A DNA stretch of 64,000 bases from Isurus oxyrinchus (taxonomy: Eukaryota), in assembly GCA_026770705.1 (NCBI GenBank), contig JANJGN010000006.1, positions 9,486,001 through 9,550,000 on the forward strand. Direction: 5' to 3'. The position numbers and the translations under genes were made by a program. How positions within the stretch are numbered: the stretch's first letter is position 1; each line of letters opens with the position of its first letter. The notes below the pieces were generated by a model. It had not been told where the DNA came from. It made no database searches and saw only the letters and a program-made list of their open reading frames with translations. Below are positions 12,866 through 26,520 of the stretch, in pieces.

Positions 12866-15800
12866 TTGTCAATCAAATTGTGGCTGAAATGTCTTTTTTA
12901 ACTATTGTTTGCTTTATGTAAAATATCTTTTTTGTCAAATCGATGTTTGCAGCAGAGGATATTGTTTTACCATATTCTCTGATATGTTTGATTTCAGTTG
13001 AAGTAATATCATCCAGGCACCTGAATTTCCCTTGGTAATCTGATACTAAATCACTTTGCCTCACTTGATACCTTTTATGGCACCCTGTTCTCTCGACAAA
13101 CAGATTCTCTCTTCCCTCCTCCCCAAGCTATTTGGATGTTCTTAACTTCTGTTTGTGTTCCTTCTAGACTTTTCAGGTTTGCTATGCTATCTTTACTGAT
13201 GGTTTATGTTTGCATCAATTTTAAGTTTTGGAAATTTTTTGGCATCTTGTGCAGTTAGTGGTGATTTAGTCAGCCAGTGATCTTTGCAATTTATAGAATT
13301 CACAATTTTCCTAATTAGTTATTTGTTCTGGTACTTGTAGCTACTCCATTAGTATTGTGTTTCATTAGTTTCTCCAATAGATAAATAAACACACATTTGT
13401 CAGTCTGGTGCATATATAAGACTTAACACCGATCAGCATTCAGTGGTGTCCAAAGATTCTACTGTGAATAAGGTAATATGGTATCACTTCGGTACTTCTG
13501 TTTGTTGTCAGCATAGCTTCAGTTGGACCATTGGCATCATCTTGTTTCTTCTCTGGCTTTCTTCAAGCCTCCCTCAGCCCATGTCTCAATGTTACTCACC
13601 CATCTGATTTTTCTGCTTCCTCTTCTGTTTTTACCCTCCATTTCTCCTCCAATTGTTGCCGGGATAAGGCTGTTGGGTTTTTGTTTTCAATATCCATACT
13701 TAGCTATCTTTCTCTCTCTAACTGTACTTAGCAACCCTTTTGATTCCTGAACTTCTACTCTTGATCTAACCCACTCATTTGTCTTTCTGTCTATCCCTAG
13801 CTTCAGTTAGAATATCACAATTAATGTCAAACAATTGTCTTCTATGCTATCACATTGAGGCTGCCACTGACTTTATTAGCATCTTTCAGTTTCTGTTCAT
13901 TATTACACTCCTTAATTAAAATTCTGTGGCAATACAACACCGTAGAAACTTACTACATATCAAGTGGAGTAAGAAATATATACTATTGTTCAAGTTTCAT
14001 TGCTGCAGATTTTAACTTTATTCAAACTTATTGATGTATTACAAGCCCGTTGCAAACTTGCAGCTTTCATCTTATAATGTAGAAATCTATAGATCACTAC
14101 AAAACAAAAACTTATCTTGAAATTCTGTATCTACAGGTCCTAAGCGACTAATAAAATTACATTAGGCCATGCATCACGTAGCATGGCTTTCATCTCAGCA
14201 ATCTCAATGGAAAAAATATCTCAAAGAGCTTGTCATAATATTTCGGATTTACTATGAATCCTTGAAATTTGTTCCTCAAATTACAAAAACTGGACAAAGA
14301 AAATGATTGATTTTCAACTGTCTTTTCACCTCATCTTGTTCCTATGCAGACAGGTTTCATGAAGAAGCCAGCACCAGATGGAACATTTTTGTTTTATTCT
14401 TGCAAAACTCAAGTATATCCAGATATTAAAAATATGTCTTGTATCTGCATGCATTCTGTTCATCATAATGTGGGCATCACATTTTTATATGCACATTTTG
14501 CATCATACTTGCATCTGATAGACATAGACGTAGATTTCATATTCAAAAAATAGCTTATTAAATAGTTAATGTACTGATCAGATGTAGCTATAGTAGTTAC
14601 ACTTACGAAGAAGAACTGCTAAGGATGCACAACTACGACCAATTCGGTGGCAAAAAAAGCTACATATATATGTACGTATGTATGTGTATGTATGTATAAA
14701 AAGTGAACCAATGAAATTCTCCAAAATATTGTTCACAAAGCAATTTTGGCTACCATATTTGTTTCTCATTCAAGATTAGGACTTATAATCAGAAAAAAAT
14801 AATTGTAACATAATAATGGATGAACTTACAAGAAAATGATTAATAGAATAGTGTTCACAATGCCTCCAATATTTTCCATTGGAGGCCTGTGCCCGTCTCA
14901 AGCCTGAGTCTTTTGTTCATAGATGCTCTCGGACCCATTATTCTAAGTTGAATAGGCTCAATAATGTAGCAGCTTATAGCTCCTAGCATGCTTTGAGCCT
15001 GCAGATTTTTTATGGTTGACGGCAAGGCTTGCCATTTGCTGAGCATGGCACATCGTATTGTTAATAAGCCTTAAGCACTATTCCAGTCCTGCGTATCAAA
15101 AATTAATGCAGATTAAAGCTCCAGAGGAAATTATTCTTATAAACGATGAAGTGAATCGGGAGTTGTACTTTTTGACTAAAACTCAAAACAAAATATAAAA
15201 TTAACTTTTAAACTTTTTTTCTGACATAAGCTTAAAAGCAATATGTACTGTACACTAGCTGATCTGCAACTATGGTTCACAAGTACAGCAGGGAGTCAAA
15301 CTAAAGAGAAAACCAACACATGGGAAGGATTAGGCAAGACAACAGAGAGCGTGTCTTTGTATCACGTAATGCATTCTAAATCCCTACCAGCTGCATTTCT
15401 TGTATTTATGTTTATCTCAGGACTCAGAATCAACCAGGATAACAAACTAATTGATATGAACAATACCTGTTACACTGCCTTAGATAAATCTGGCATCCAT
15501 TTTTTTCTATTTTTGCCAGCACGTAGAAGACTCACTGGACAGTTCAGCAATAATTTTGCACCATTGCTAGCTGCTCCAGATGTTGGATGTGGCCCACTCT
15601 GGTGTTGAAGTTATGAGTGCCTAGCAGGGTGTATTTTAAGGGTTTTTATTTGCCGCACATACAGATGGACGACAATTCCCAGAAGGTGATTCTACTGGTG
15701 AATGCTCAATTTCTAGGTTCAACATGTAACTATTTCATCCTCCGCCAGTCAAAAAAGTATCTGGATTACAACCGAGATCTGGAAATGTGCCTATCAGTCT

Positions 15801-16404
15801 TGGTGCACAAACACTTGCAGAATATTTATATACAACCAAGCACAAAAAGCAACGTAATCAATTTCAAGTTAATCATATAGTGTATTCAAACTGCAGTTTT
15901 GGTCTCAGGTTGATCAGAGTGCTTTCCAGGGCGGCTAAACAAATTATGCAAATTCTTTGTGGTACTCTCCACAAGCTCACCAGTCAGAGCCCATTCACCT
16001 GGACATCAAGTTATGGTCCTATGCTCAGGCAATAGATGACAAAGCACTTCCAACAACCCATGCTAACAGTAGTTGCAGATGTGATTTCTATTTTGTTCTC
16101 ATTTCAAATAGGAAAATGATTCCTTCCAGTGCAATTCCAGTCAACAGGTCTTGCCTATTCAGTGAATTCTAAATTATTCACCACTTGTTCAGTGGCCTTT
16201 GCCACATTTGATGTACATTTCTTACATTAAACTGTGATTATACTTGAAAACGTATTTCACTCACTTTGGGATGGCCTGAGGTCATGATAAGTGCTATATA
16301 ACGGCAAGTTCTTTCTTTATCTGTTATCAAAAAGGGGTCTCATGTTTAATGAAACCCCGTTGACAGACATTCTATCAATCTTAAAGTGCTTCTGTATGAT
16401 TTTT

Positions 16405-16757
16405 TTTCTTTCTTTATTCTTTCATGAGATGTGAGAATTACTGGCAAGGCCAGCATTTGTTGCCCATATAGGCCAGTGTTAAGAGTCAACCGATTGCTGT
16501 GGTTCTGGAATCACATATAGGCCAGACCGGGTAAGGATGGCAGATTTCCTTCCTTAAAGGACATTAGTGAAGCAGATTGGTTTTCACAACAATCCATGAT
16601 AGTTTCAGCCACCCTTACTGGTACTAGCTTTCAATTCCAGAAGTTTATTGATTGAATTTAAATTCCACCACCGCCAAAGGGGATTTGAGTCCATGGCCTC
16701 TGAACATAAGCCTGGGCCTTTGGATTACTAGTCCAATGATATTACCACTATGCCACT
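16405..16757 (-). mobile_element. tRNA-derived SINE (shark family with a LINE-derived tail)
   Basis: Minus strand begins GTGGCATAGTGGTAA (A box), followed by a B-box-like CTCAAATCCC. Homologous to the copies at 27843, 30035 and 34283. Confidence 0.8.
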
Positions 16758-19700
16758 ATCTCATCTATACTTGTTTTACTCTGCTAGCCTCATTATTTAT
16801 CATTAGTTGCTTAGTTGTTTCTTCTGCCTTTTATGATCCTCTTGTAGACAGACATACCACAGGAGGAAGGAGTCATATCGTACAGGGATTTATAATCTTG
16901 GGGAGAGCCAAGCAGCAGTCACTAATGCCCTACCAGCTTATCAGAGTAAGAAATAGAACATTGTCATGATGCATTCAACATATTAGAACATGCCTTAGAT
17001 GAGTATTGAGATGTTTTCGAAAACAAGACCTTGGTGTCTTAAGCTTTGATTTTTGTGTTGTTCTGTTGGAGTTCTAGATGGGCTGAATTCTCACCAAACA
17101 AAGCCATGAGTACTTCAAATTGATTCCTCCATGGAGGTAAAATTTTGTATGTTATAAAATTGAGCCTCCAGCTAACCTAAAATCTACTTGCCTTAAATTA
17201 AATTTGCTTAATTCAACTTAGCTGACAATTCCAAAATTTTAACGTGAGGATTCCATTTTGGAGTGTAATCAATTTTTTAAAACTAAAAAATGGCTTTGAA
17301 GAGATTAACTTGGACCAATTGTTTACCCTACCTGGACTGTTATACATCCTGCCACATATTCCTTTTCATTGACTCCAGGAAATCATGCAAATCTATAAAC
17401 AGGCAGGCGATCTACTATGGCAATGAAATTAAAATCTACCCTAGGTGTTGTCAAATGTATTCCTTAATCAGGTAAGAATGATGCAGTTTGCTCTTGGTAT
17501 CTCCTTGCTGCGCTTGCACTTTAGCTAATTAATTTGAAGTGATTATAGCACCCATCGGCATTTCTCAAGAGTTTATTTTACTACCTTTAACTAGCAGCAA
17601 TGAAGGCTTTGATCTTTGAATAACCAGTCCAGGGGAAAAGCAGCACACGGGTGGATTTGACTGCATAAGACCCATGTTTGGCTGTGTGAATCCCCCCCAC
17701 CAGCCCATCACACTGACTCCCAACTGCAATCTCTATTCACGAAAGCAACCCAGGGAGAAGGTCACCAGCTGGGCGAGAGGCAAATGCACCACAAATGACA
17801 GGTTGGCAAGAGGAAGAGATTTACATGCCACCAAGGAAAATCAGGAGGAAGCACAAAAATAAAAGTAGATATTGCGCTGGCAATAGCCGCAAAAGGCGGC
17901 GGATGGGTTTTGCTTTTCCTGGAGGCTGGCGAATTCGACGACCGGTGCTGGAAGTCAATTAAAGGTTGTTTTAAAGGACGCGATTAACCAAGAATTATTT
18001 ATTTATTTTGTGTGGAGACGTTTTACCGGCAGCGCCATGAAAATTAAATGTAATCCAGCCCTTGCAGGTGAAAAATGAGCAAGCCTGAGGTCACTGGCAG
18101 CTGGAGGTTTACCATTTCGTTATCTCCTGGAGATTACAGTAACAAATAGGGGTTGGTGCTGAGCAAATAGCTATTGTTGTGTTCAAAAGTGGGCGCCTCC
18201 ATTTTGTGCAGCCCTTTGCCGTCCCACTCGCGACTCCTACTGCACGTACACACTCCGGGGCTGCTGGTCCTACAACCGCTTCTTGCCTCTTCAACCCACT
18301 GCACCAGCCCGCTGGACTGGACGCCTCCCCGGAAGATTGGGCTGCTGCTGTGGCGCTCGGGTTCGCAGCCTGAAAACTGTCTCACCCTAAAGTGGGGGGG
18401 GGGGGGGGGGGGGAAAGAGGGGGTGGGTGGAACTGAGAAAATGCGATCCTTATCCTGCGATTCTGGTGAATCTGAGTCAGCCCAGCCTCCTGCACACTCT
18501 CTGTTAACGATCAAGTAGTTGGCACTGCTGCAGTGCATCAGCTCCTGGGGACTTATCTGTTGAGAGTCATACTAATCCTTCCTTCTGTGCTTACTGGCAG
18601 CACCCCCCTCCCCTCACCTCCTCCACTTCACCTCTGCCCGATGAACTGCAAAATACTCATCAATAATTTCTACACCCAATCTCTGGAACAGAAAACTCTT
18701 TTCTACCACTTATTTCTGGCGATAGTTTGATACTTTCGCCTTTGTTGAAGTTGCTCCATTTCTCACCTGGAGCAAGTTATTCACTTTTTCAGTTTGAATC
18801 TGCAGACTGCAGCACAAATTCATTGATTGTTAATAAAAATGCAACGTTCAATTTTTCTTGCTTTTTGACTGTCTTTTTGGAAGGTTACAAATGTTCTGAC
18901 CAATTATGAATATTCTTTTGTATGAAGAACTAGCCTTTGGCACTATCTTCTGATATACCACTCCTTATTTCTGTTTGGTTTTTTTTTTGGTTAAAATCAG
19001 TGAATGGCGATGCTCAGACCCTTTGGGTCATTTCCATAAAACAACCTGCACCTTCCAGGTGCAGAGATAAGGTTTTTTTTCTCTTCAGTCGCGAGTTTTT
19101 GGAACTCAGCGCTAGTGGTTTTGAGCGATAAGTCTTCAGGCTCTTAAATATGAGGACATTGCAATGGGGTCCACTCATTATCTGGGAACTGATGAAATTG
19201 AGTTACTGATGACAGTTCTTTCATGATGGATTGAATTGCAGCCCATCACTAGTCTGACATGTATGTCAGAGAGGGAGTTACACATTTCAGGCTAGGAACC
19301 ATCATCCAATTCACCTGACCAAAGCTGCTGTGAATTTTCTGCGGTTGCTTGAATGTTGTTACCTTGCTGACCTCTGCCTGACCTGTCCTCTGATGATACC
19401 TCAGCCTTTGAATGACAGCTGTCCTTTCCAGATTTGTGTTGACTAATGGAAGTGCAGGCTCTTCGAGCCAGATGAGTGCTGGAACATGCTGACTCAATAC
19501 TGGCAAAGCTGATGCCACCCTGTGCGAATCCCACCGGAAACTGCGTTTTAACCTCATTCCATTTTTATCTGCAGTTGTCCATTGAGGTTGAAGAACTTTT
19601 GATATCCTGTTCCTGAACTGAGTTGAAACTCCATATCTGGTTTAGTCATCAAGGCTGCTTCTTTCCATTTTTTGTATCATCACCTCATCTTTGCAGAAGT

Positions 19701-20475
19701 GGCTCCGCCTCCTCTGAAACTCTGACACCCACATCAGAGCCCTTATCTTATTTAGCTCTAACACTCATTTCCAGAAACCTTGACTCATTCATGGACTGTC
19801 AGCATGCTGATTTTAAAATGTTGTTCTCATTTAGATTCGTAATGGTGTGTTGCTAACTTATCTCTGGAAACTTCCTTTGGGATGCGTTGCAGATTGCACC
19901 CTCCATCATTCAGATCCCTATGTTATGGTTGTGTAATATATTCTGCAGATAACCAATACAACCTCCTATATCGGCTGTGTTACATCTTGCCACCTCAAAA
20001 GCCATGACACTTTTTCTCTCTCTTGCTCTTGTTATGCCCCTACGTTAGCAGTTTATTGCAGATTCTACCAAACCCAAGTCTCAAATTCTTGCCAGCCTGA
20101 AGCCTAGCACTTGTATGGCACCTTTCATGACCAAATCTGTGTCCTCTGGTTATTCACCCTACCACCACTGGAAACTATTTTTCCATGTTTACAGTGAAAT
20201 CCTGATGAGTCGAACTCCAGTGGATCCGTATGCGAATTCGTGTGAATTAGAGCTTTGTAATAGCCAAGGAAGCCTCATTTCCCCATGAGTGCATCTATAT
20301 GTAACCCAGTATGCCTCCAAATGTGCTGTGTTAAAATCAACAGATTCAGATGCCAAATGAAAGTACAGTAAAGAGTAAATGTGTGGAAGAAGTCTTTTCA
20401 GATTTTTTTTTACACCTTCCAATGGCCTGATGTTATAAAAGGCCGGACATAATTATGGACAAACTTGGAATAGCT

Positions 20476-21672
20476 TGAGTATTGCTGCAAGTCTTTTTTG
20501 TTGAAGCTTTTCATCTTGTACTCATCAGGACAATTCACAAGAAAATACATGTCAGGGGAAACAACACATTTATATTGAGAGGAAAGTGCTGATTGATTAG
20601 CACGTAGACTCTGATTTATAGAGGCATTGCCACGGAGAATGCACCTGTTAATGGCGACTGATAGTTAACTGCCAAGCATTGTTTGAAATTTAAACCAGTC
20701 GGCTTGACTCTGGTCAAGGCATTGCCCTGAAGAATGGACCAGCGAATGGTTGTCACTTACTTTGTTTAGCTGAAACAGGTGCAATGTGTGTACATGTTCT
20801 TACTATCTGCAAAGAAGTGGGCCCTGTGTATTAATATATGTCACTTCCAGTACACACACACATGCACCATACTGCGAGCCGACTGACAATCTTAAATTGG
20901 CTGTCAGTATAATTCTTCGCACGCTGAGGATTATTTGTGGAATCACATCGACTCTAGGCTTTGAGTTTTGCAAGCCTGGGCTGGTTGGATGTGGGCCTGT
21001 CCCTTGACCATTGCAAGCAGCAGAATGGACATGCTGTTTGATACGATCCACCGGTCTTTGGGACATGCAGCCTGCATGGCTCGTGTCACACTGACACTGA
21101 AATTCACATATCACATTACTCGTTTGTGTGATAGGCAGAATTTCTTTTTAGTTTGACGGTAGGATCCTGCTGGTACCGCTCATGTTACTACTGCATGGTA
21201 GCAGCGTGAAACAGCTCACTTCGCCTGTTGCTCAAAGTTTTGAGAGAGATTACCCTGGAAGGGCAAGGTGAGGTAGACTGGAGCATTTTTCGGGCCGTCA
21301 GTGGTGGCCTTGGGCCCATTCATGAGTTTGCGCGATTTACAGCGTGAAATGATCAGATCAGGGTAGCCGTTATCCCACAGGATGTTTTTTGCGCCCCATT
21401 TAAGCATCAAGCTTGCATGGTGAGCAAACGGCTCGGACCCTATTTACGAGGCTGCTGATGAGGCCAATCTAGTTCATTCTCCATGGCAATGTCTCTATGA
21501 ATCAGAGTCCACTTGCCAACCAATCATCACTCTGCTTGCACAGTATTATTATGTTGTTTCCCCTGACATTGGCATTTTCTTGCGAATTGTCCTGGTAAGT
21601 ACAAGATGAAAAGATTTGACAAAAATGTCTCTTTTTCAGCAATACTCAAGTTCTGTACTACCAAATGACTAC
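20476..21672 (-). mobile_element. 5'-truncated Penelope-like retroelement (RT C-terminal region + GIY-YIG endonuclease remnants) with inverted pLTRs
   Basis: Minus-strand peptides ILWDNGYP...VYLTLPFQG (21216-21410) and ICEFQCQC....GCMSQRPVDRIKQH, a degenerate GIY-YIG (20803-21114). ~170-bp inverted repeats at 20476-20641 / 21475-21650. Flanks TGGAATAGCT (20466-20475) / TGGAATAACT (21673-21682). Confidence 0.85.
20498..20533 (-). ncRNA. Minimal type-I hammerhead ribozyme motif in the Penelope pLTR
   Basis: Minus strand reads TTGTC-CTGATGA-GT(ACAAG)AT-GAAA-AGCTTC-AACAA: canonical core, palindromic helix III (AAGCTT), helix I with one mismatch. A degenerate copy lies on + at ~21587-21622. Confidence 0.75.
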
Positions 21673-23152
21673 TGGAATAACTATTGTCAGTACATTTTGT
21701 GAGGGATCAAAAATAACAATTCAGTGAACTTAAAACAGTAGTTAAGTCTGAATCTTTGTGCTCAGATTCATGAACCAGAACCAATGCAGCTCAAATCAAT
21801 TGCTGCTTTGCCAGCATCCATTCTTCCAAGTATACACTACCTTAGAAACAATTGAAACATAATTTATACTTTCACAACTTTATAAGGTCAGTCTAACATT
21901 TTTTTTCCAAAGAAATGTAATTAGAAAAGAAAGCAAATGAAATGGGTTTGAGTCTGCCAGCGCAGTCCATCAATGCATACTTCTAACCATTTGAAAACAG
22001 GCAGAGCTTTGTTTGTGAATACATGCATGGTGGAGGTGTACCTGATTTAATACAGTTTTTTTATTGTTTACTTAGTTCAGTTGACTGAAGCTTAAAAAGG
22101 TGATTTTTTCAGCTTTGGAATCGTGCCAGTTGGTTTGAATGGACTCTCTGCGCCTTTTATTTTGGCCAGATTTCTACTGTTGCTTGATAAAAGGTAAAGG
22201 CTTGCTTGTTTCCCAGGCTGTGCATTTGACAATCTCAGACAATTTCCAGCATTCTCTTGTTAATTATCTTTGGATGCGGTACTCCTCTTTTGTGCATGTT
22301 ACATTTAAAGCCATGTCATAATGAAAAAAATACGAGCTCTTTATGCTATTAAATATTACTACTCACAAGTCAGAAGTGCATTTCCATTAATTTAACTGCA
22401 GATTAAAATTGGAACATTTCTATGATGGTTGGCTAATCTGCAATGTTAGTTGTACACTTGGCAGTAAGTTGAAAATTTACCTCACTAACTTTCTTGATTT
22501 TAAGTGATTTCCCATTTCTCCTTCATTGCTAAAGGTACATGGTTTTTCACACCAAACCTTCCTTTTCCTCCTAATGTTCTCAAAGCTGAATTCTATCCAA
22601 GATTTGAATACTGCGCCCGTAAGTGGGAAGGCTCTCTTTTTAAATACTTCTGCACATGGCTACAGACAAGAAGCAGGGGGCGCTAAAGCAGCTGCTCTTT
22701 CAAAGCTGACTCGTGCCAGTCCTGCAGAGGTGAGCCTGAAGGTAGAACAGGGCGCAGATGCTGATATCTGGGCATTAGGTCATCAGCCCACCACCAGCCA
22801 TCCCTGCCAGAGCTGGATCATCACTGTCGCTGGTGGGCAATCAATTTGAATAATTAACCGCCCATTTTATAGGAAGATCCCGGCTGTGCCCCCTAGCGAC
22901 AGACTGAGGCCAAAGATTGGCAGGTGCCTGGAGCTGGTGGGGTGGTTGCTGCAAGGTCTCCTGCTCTTGCCTCTCCACTGGAGCAGTGTTGATCATTGGG
23001 TCACAGCTGTGGGTTTCCCATCCACAAGGTGGCCTGGCTGCTGTGGCCAAAGTTGCCCACCTCTGACAGTCAGGCTGCTGTCCTTCCAAGTCTACCAGCC
23101 CTCCGATTGGAACTACAGCCCAGGATCCACCTGACCCTGAGATGGCCAATTG

Positions 23153-24360
23153 GGAACATAGGATTTAAGAGCAGGAGTAGGCTATTCAGCCCTTCGAGCC
23201 TGTTCTGCCATTCGATAAGATCATGGCTGTTCTGATTGCAGTCTCTACTCCACTTTTCTGTCTGTCCTCCAAAAACTTTGACTCCCTTGTTGATGGAAAA
23301 TCTATCTAACTTAGCTCTGGAAAAAATTCAATGAGCTAGCCTCCACTGCTTTCTGGGGAGGAGAATTCTACACACCAATGACCATCTGAGATGAAAAAAA
23401 ATTTCTCCAATCTCAGTCTTAAAGGATAACCTCTTATTTTTAAGTTGTGCCACCTAGTTCTATTCTTCCTCCACAAGAGGAAACATCTTCCTGGTATCCA
23501 CTGTATCGAGACCACTCAGGATCTTTTATATTTTGCTAATTTCACCTCTCATTCTTCTAAGCTCCGATGGTAAAGGCCCATTCTGCTCAACCTTTCTTCG
23601 TATGCTAAGAGTCGGGTGAACCTTCCTTCTCTGAATTGCTAATGCAAGTAAATCCTTGTCAAATAAGGAATCCAAAACTGTACGCAGTACTCCAGATGTG
23701 GTCTCACCAAAGCCCTGTACAGCTACAGTAAAACTTCCTTACTTTTATATTTCATTCCCCTTGCATTAAACACCAACATTCCATTTGCCTTCCTAATCAC
23801 TTGCATACTAATTTTTTGTGATTCATGTACCAGGTAGAGATCCCTCTGCCACTGAGTTCTGAAATCTCTCCATTTAAATAGTATATTGCTTTCCTATTCT
23901 TCCTGCCAAAGTGGACAAGTTCACGTTTTCTCACATCATTGTATTCCATTGCCAAATTTTTGTCCACTCACTTAACCTATCTCTATCCCCTTCTCTTTCC
24001 CTACCTATGTTGGTGTCATCGGCAAATTTAATTTCCATACATTCCATCCCTCCATCCATGCCATATAGATTGTAAAAAGTTGAGGTGCCAGCACCTGTCC
24101 CTGTGGTACTCCTTGAGTTACAGCTTGCCAAACTGAAAAAGACCCATTTATCCCTAACTCTCTACTTCCTCTTAGCTAACCCCCCAGGATAATATGTTAC
24201 CCCCTACAACATGTGCCCTTGTGCCACAATAAAGGTTACTGCACCTTGTCAAATGGCATTTGGAAATACAAGAACACCACATTGCTTGTTCCTCCCTCAA
24301 AGAACTCTAATAAATGAGTTAAGCATGATTTCCCTTTCACAAAAGTTGACTATCTCCCAA
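23153..24360 (-). mobile_element. CR1 LINE 3' fragment (degenerate RT)
   Basis: Minus-strand IKFADDT..RLSEWTKIWQ (RT catalytic motif). CR1 3'-end signature gaacatagg..ggagtaggctattcagccc at the left end. Confidence 0.85.
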
Positions 24361-24840
24361 ACAATCATGCTGGCAGGCTTGTTGCACTCGGACAGGGTCA
24401 GGACACAGAAATATTCCTGCCCCTTGTTTATTTTTGTAAAGGGGATAAGATTCCACACTCAGAGCCAGCGCAAACATGATGGATCAAAAGCTCTTTCTGT
24501 GCTTCCCTCCAGTTTTCGACCTCCATTATAAGAGCTCTGACTTAGTGTATTAATTATTGTAAATCCAGAAGAGCAGTGCTTCTAAGTGTCTATGATTTTT
24601 CTGAAGAATTAATGATTTTATATAGAAAAAAGTTGTGTTCTTTGTCATCTTTAACCTTTAATCTCACTGTTTTCATTGCAGACCTTCTCAATTGCCCCTG
24701 TTCTTATGACTGTATTCAGTATCCCTTTGAACTTTACAGTCTTGTAAATGTGCCATCCTCTTCCTCCTCTTTACGTTTGAACTGTGTTGAAATTAACACA
24801 TCATGCTTTAACTCATTCTTTCCCAAAACCTGAAAACTAT

Positions 24841-24942
24841 TAGTGGGATTTTACAGTCCCTCCGAAGTCAATGGAGTTTAGGATGGGTCGTCACATTTTA
24901 CGGCCTTTTCCCCCGCTGTGATGGGACCGTAAAATTCCAGCC
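24841..24942. mobile_element. Short Harbinger-like MITE
   Basis: Imperfect TIRs GGGATTTTACAGTCCC / GGGACCGTAAAATTCC, related to the TIRs at 34982. Confidence 0.55.
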
Positions 24943-26184
24943 TGTGGAACTCCTTTTCAACTCTTTTATTCGTTATCCAGTAGCAAAAGTTGATTTGGAG
25001 GAGGAAGGTAGGAAGGAATTTACTCTAGGTTATGATGATCTCTGAGTTGCGTGTCGTCTTGTTTGGGGAATGCCTGCCATGTGGGCAATTAACTGGCCAG
25101 TAATGGGCTATCCTCATGATATAAGATCCCAACAGGCCTCCCCCTCCCCCAGAGAGGCCAGCAGCTCTCTATTGCCTGTCGGTGTCACTGGGAATGATGG
25201 CGCAATGCACCCCCCCCCGCCCCCCCCACCGCCGAAGGCCTGGGATTGCCTCGGGACCCAGGTCACAAGTGATTGAGGGCAATTGTGGGGGAGGTGTCGG
25301 TGGGTAAGTAGGGGAGGTTGGAAGAAAGGGCAGAGCTTGGCGGTTAACACCCCCCTTTCCCAATGCCAGGTCCCTCAATCAGACATGGAGTGCCTTTGAA
25401 CAAAGGTTTTTCCACCCCATAACACCCCCGCCCCGAGGAATCCCATGAGGTTTTGAGGTTCCTGTGATGAGTCCATTGCCCGCAGCTGGCTCAGTACCAG
25501 TTGTGGTAGGATGTGACACTTAAGTGGACATTAATTGCTCTGGATATTCCATGAGCAAAGAAGGCTTCATAATTACAAATAGCAAAATAATGATGCTTGG
25601 AGTGAGTTATGAAAGCCTTTGCCATGAGTGAAATCATCCACTATTCCCCGTTGTGTATCCCATTTGTAATGTGATCATGAAAAGATACAAAAACTCTTTA
25701 AGATACTTTGATTATAGTTTAGTGGAGAATGCTCTGACTCTCCCTGTAGCCTTATAAGTGACTTTCACGTGGGTGTGTGGCCAGTGTATCAGCAATTTCT
25801 GTTTTTCCCAGTGTTTTTTCTCCTTCAGCTTTTGATTAAATTAATCAACTCTGAAGAATTGTGAAAATTATTTGTAGTTTGGACTCCAAGAATTTTTTTG
25901 GAACTATGTCATCACTTGGCAGCTTTTCAGTATCTTGTTGCCAAAAGTTGGGGAAGCCATCCCAATCAGCATTTTTTTTTAGTGGTTGTGGTCACATGAG
26001 CAATATACATTACATAATTACATCACAAATAGACATCTGATGATCAGTGGATATTGCATCATGTGCTCCAATTGATTAAGCAGCTGAATCACAGTAAATT
26101 ACTTGATTATAGAAGTTAGAAAAACAGCGATCTGCTTTATTTTTATTCATTCTTGGACTTTTTCATATGAAATACCTTGAATGC

Positions 26185-26520
26185 TCCCAGGAGCTCGATA
26201 GGTAAATGTTGGCGGTATGATGCTGGGCTGTACACGTTATGGAAGGTCCCAGGTTCAATCCCTGGTCTCTGGTCACCTTGCTGATCTCGCCTGGGTGCTG
26301 CTAATGGTGGTGTGATTGCCTTCATCACCTTTGAAAAACTGTTTGATTTTTCTGTTCCTGATTGCTATCTTGTGCTCTGTGCTGGACAGTGCATGCATTT
26401 GTGAGGGTAGGATTGAGCTCCCCTCTGATGGCTTCTCATACCTGAATAGCTTGATATACTTTACTGTCTAGATTTACATATGAAGAATGGCTACTTTGAT
26501 AAGTGGCTGTGGAAATATAA
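26185..26520 (+). mobile_element. Old tRNA-headed SINE
   Basis: B-box GGTTCAATCCC (26252-26262) preceded by a degenerate tRNA-like 5' part. Confidence 0.5.
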
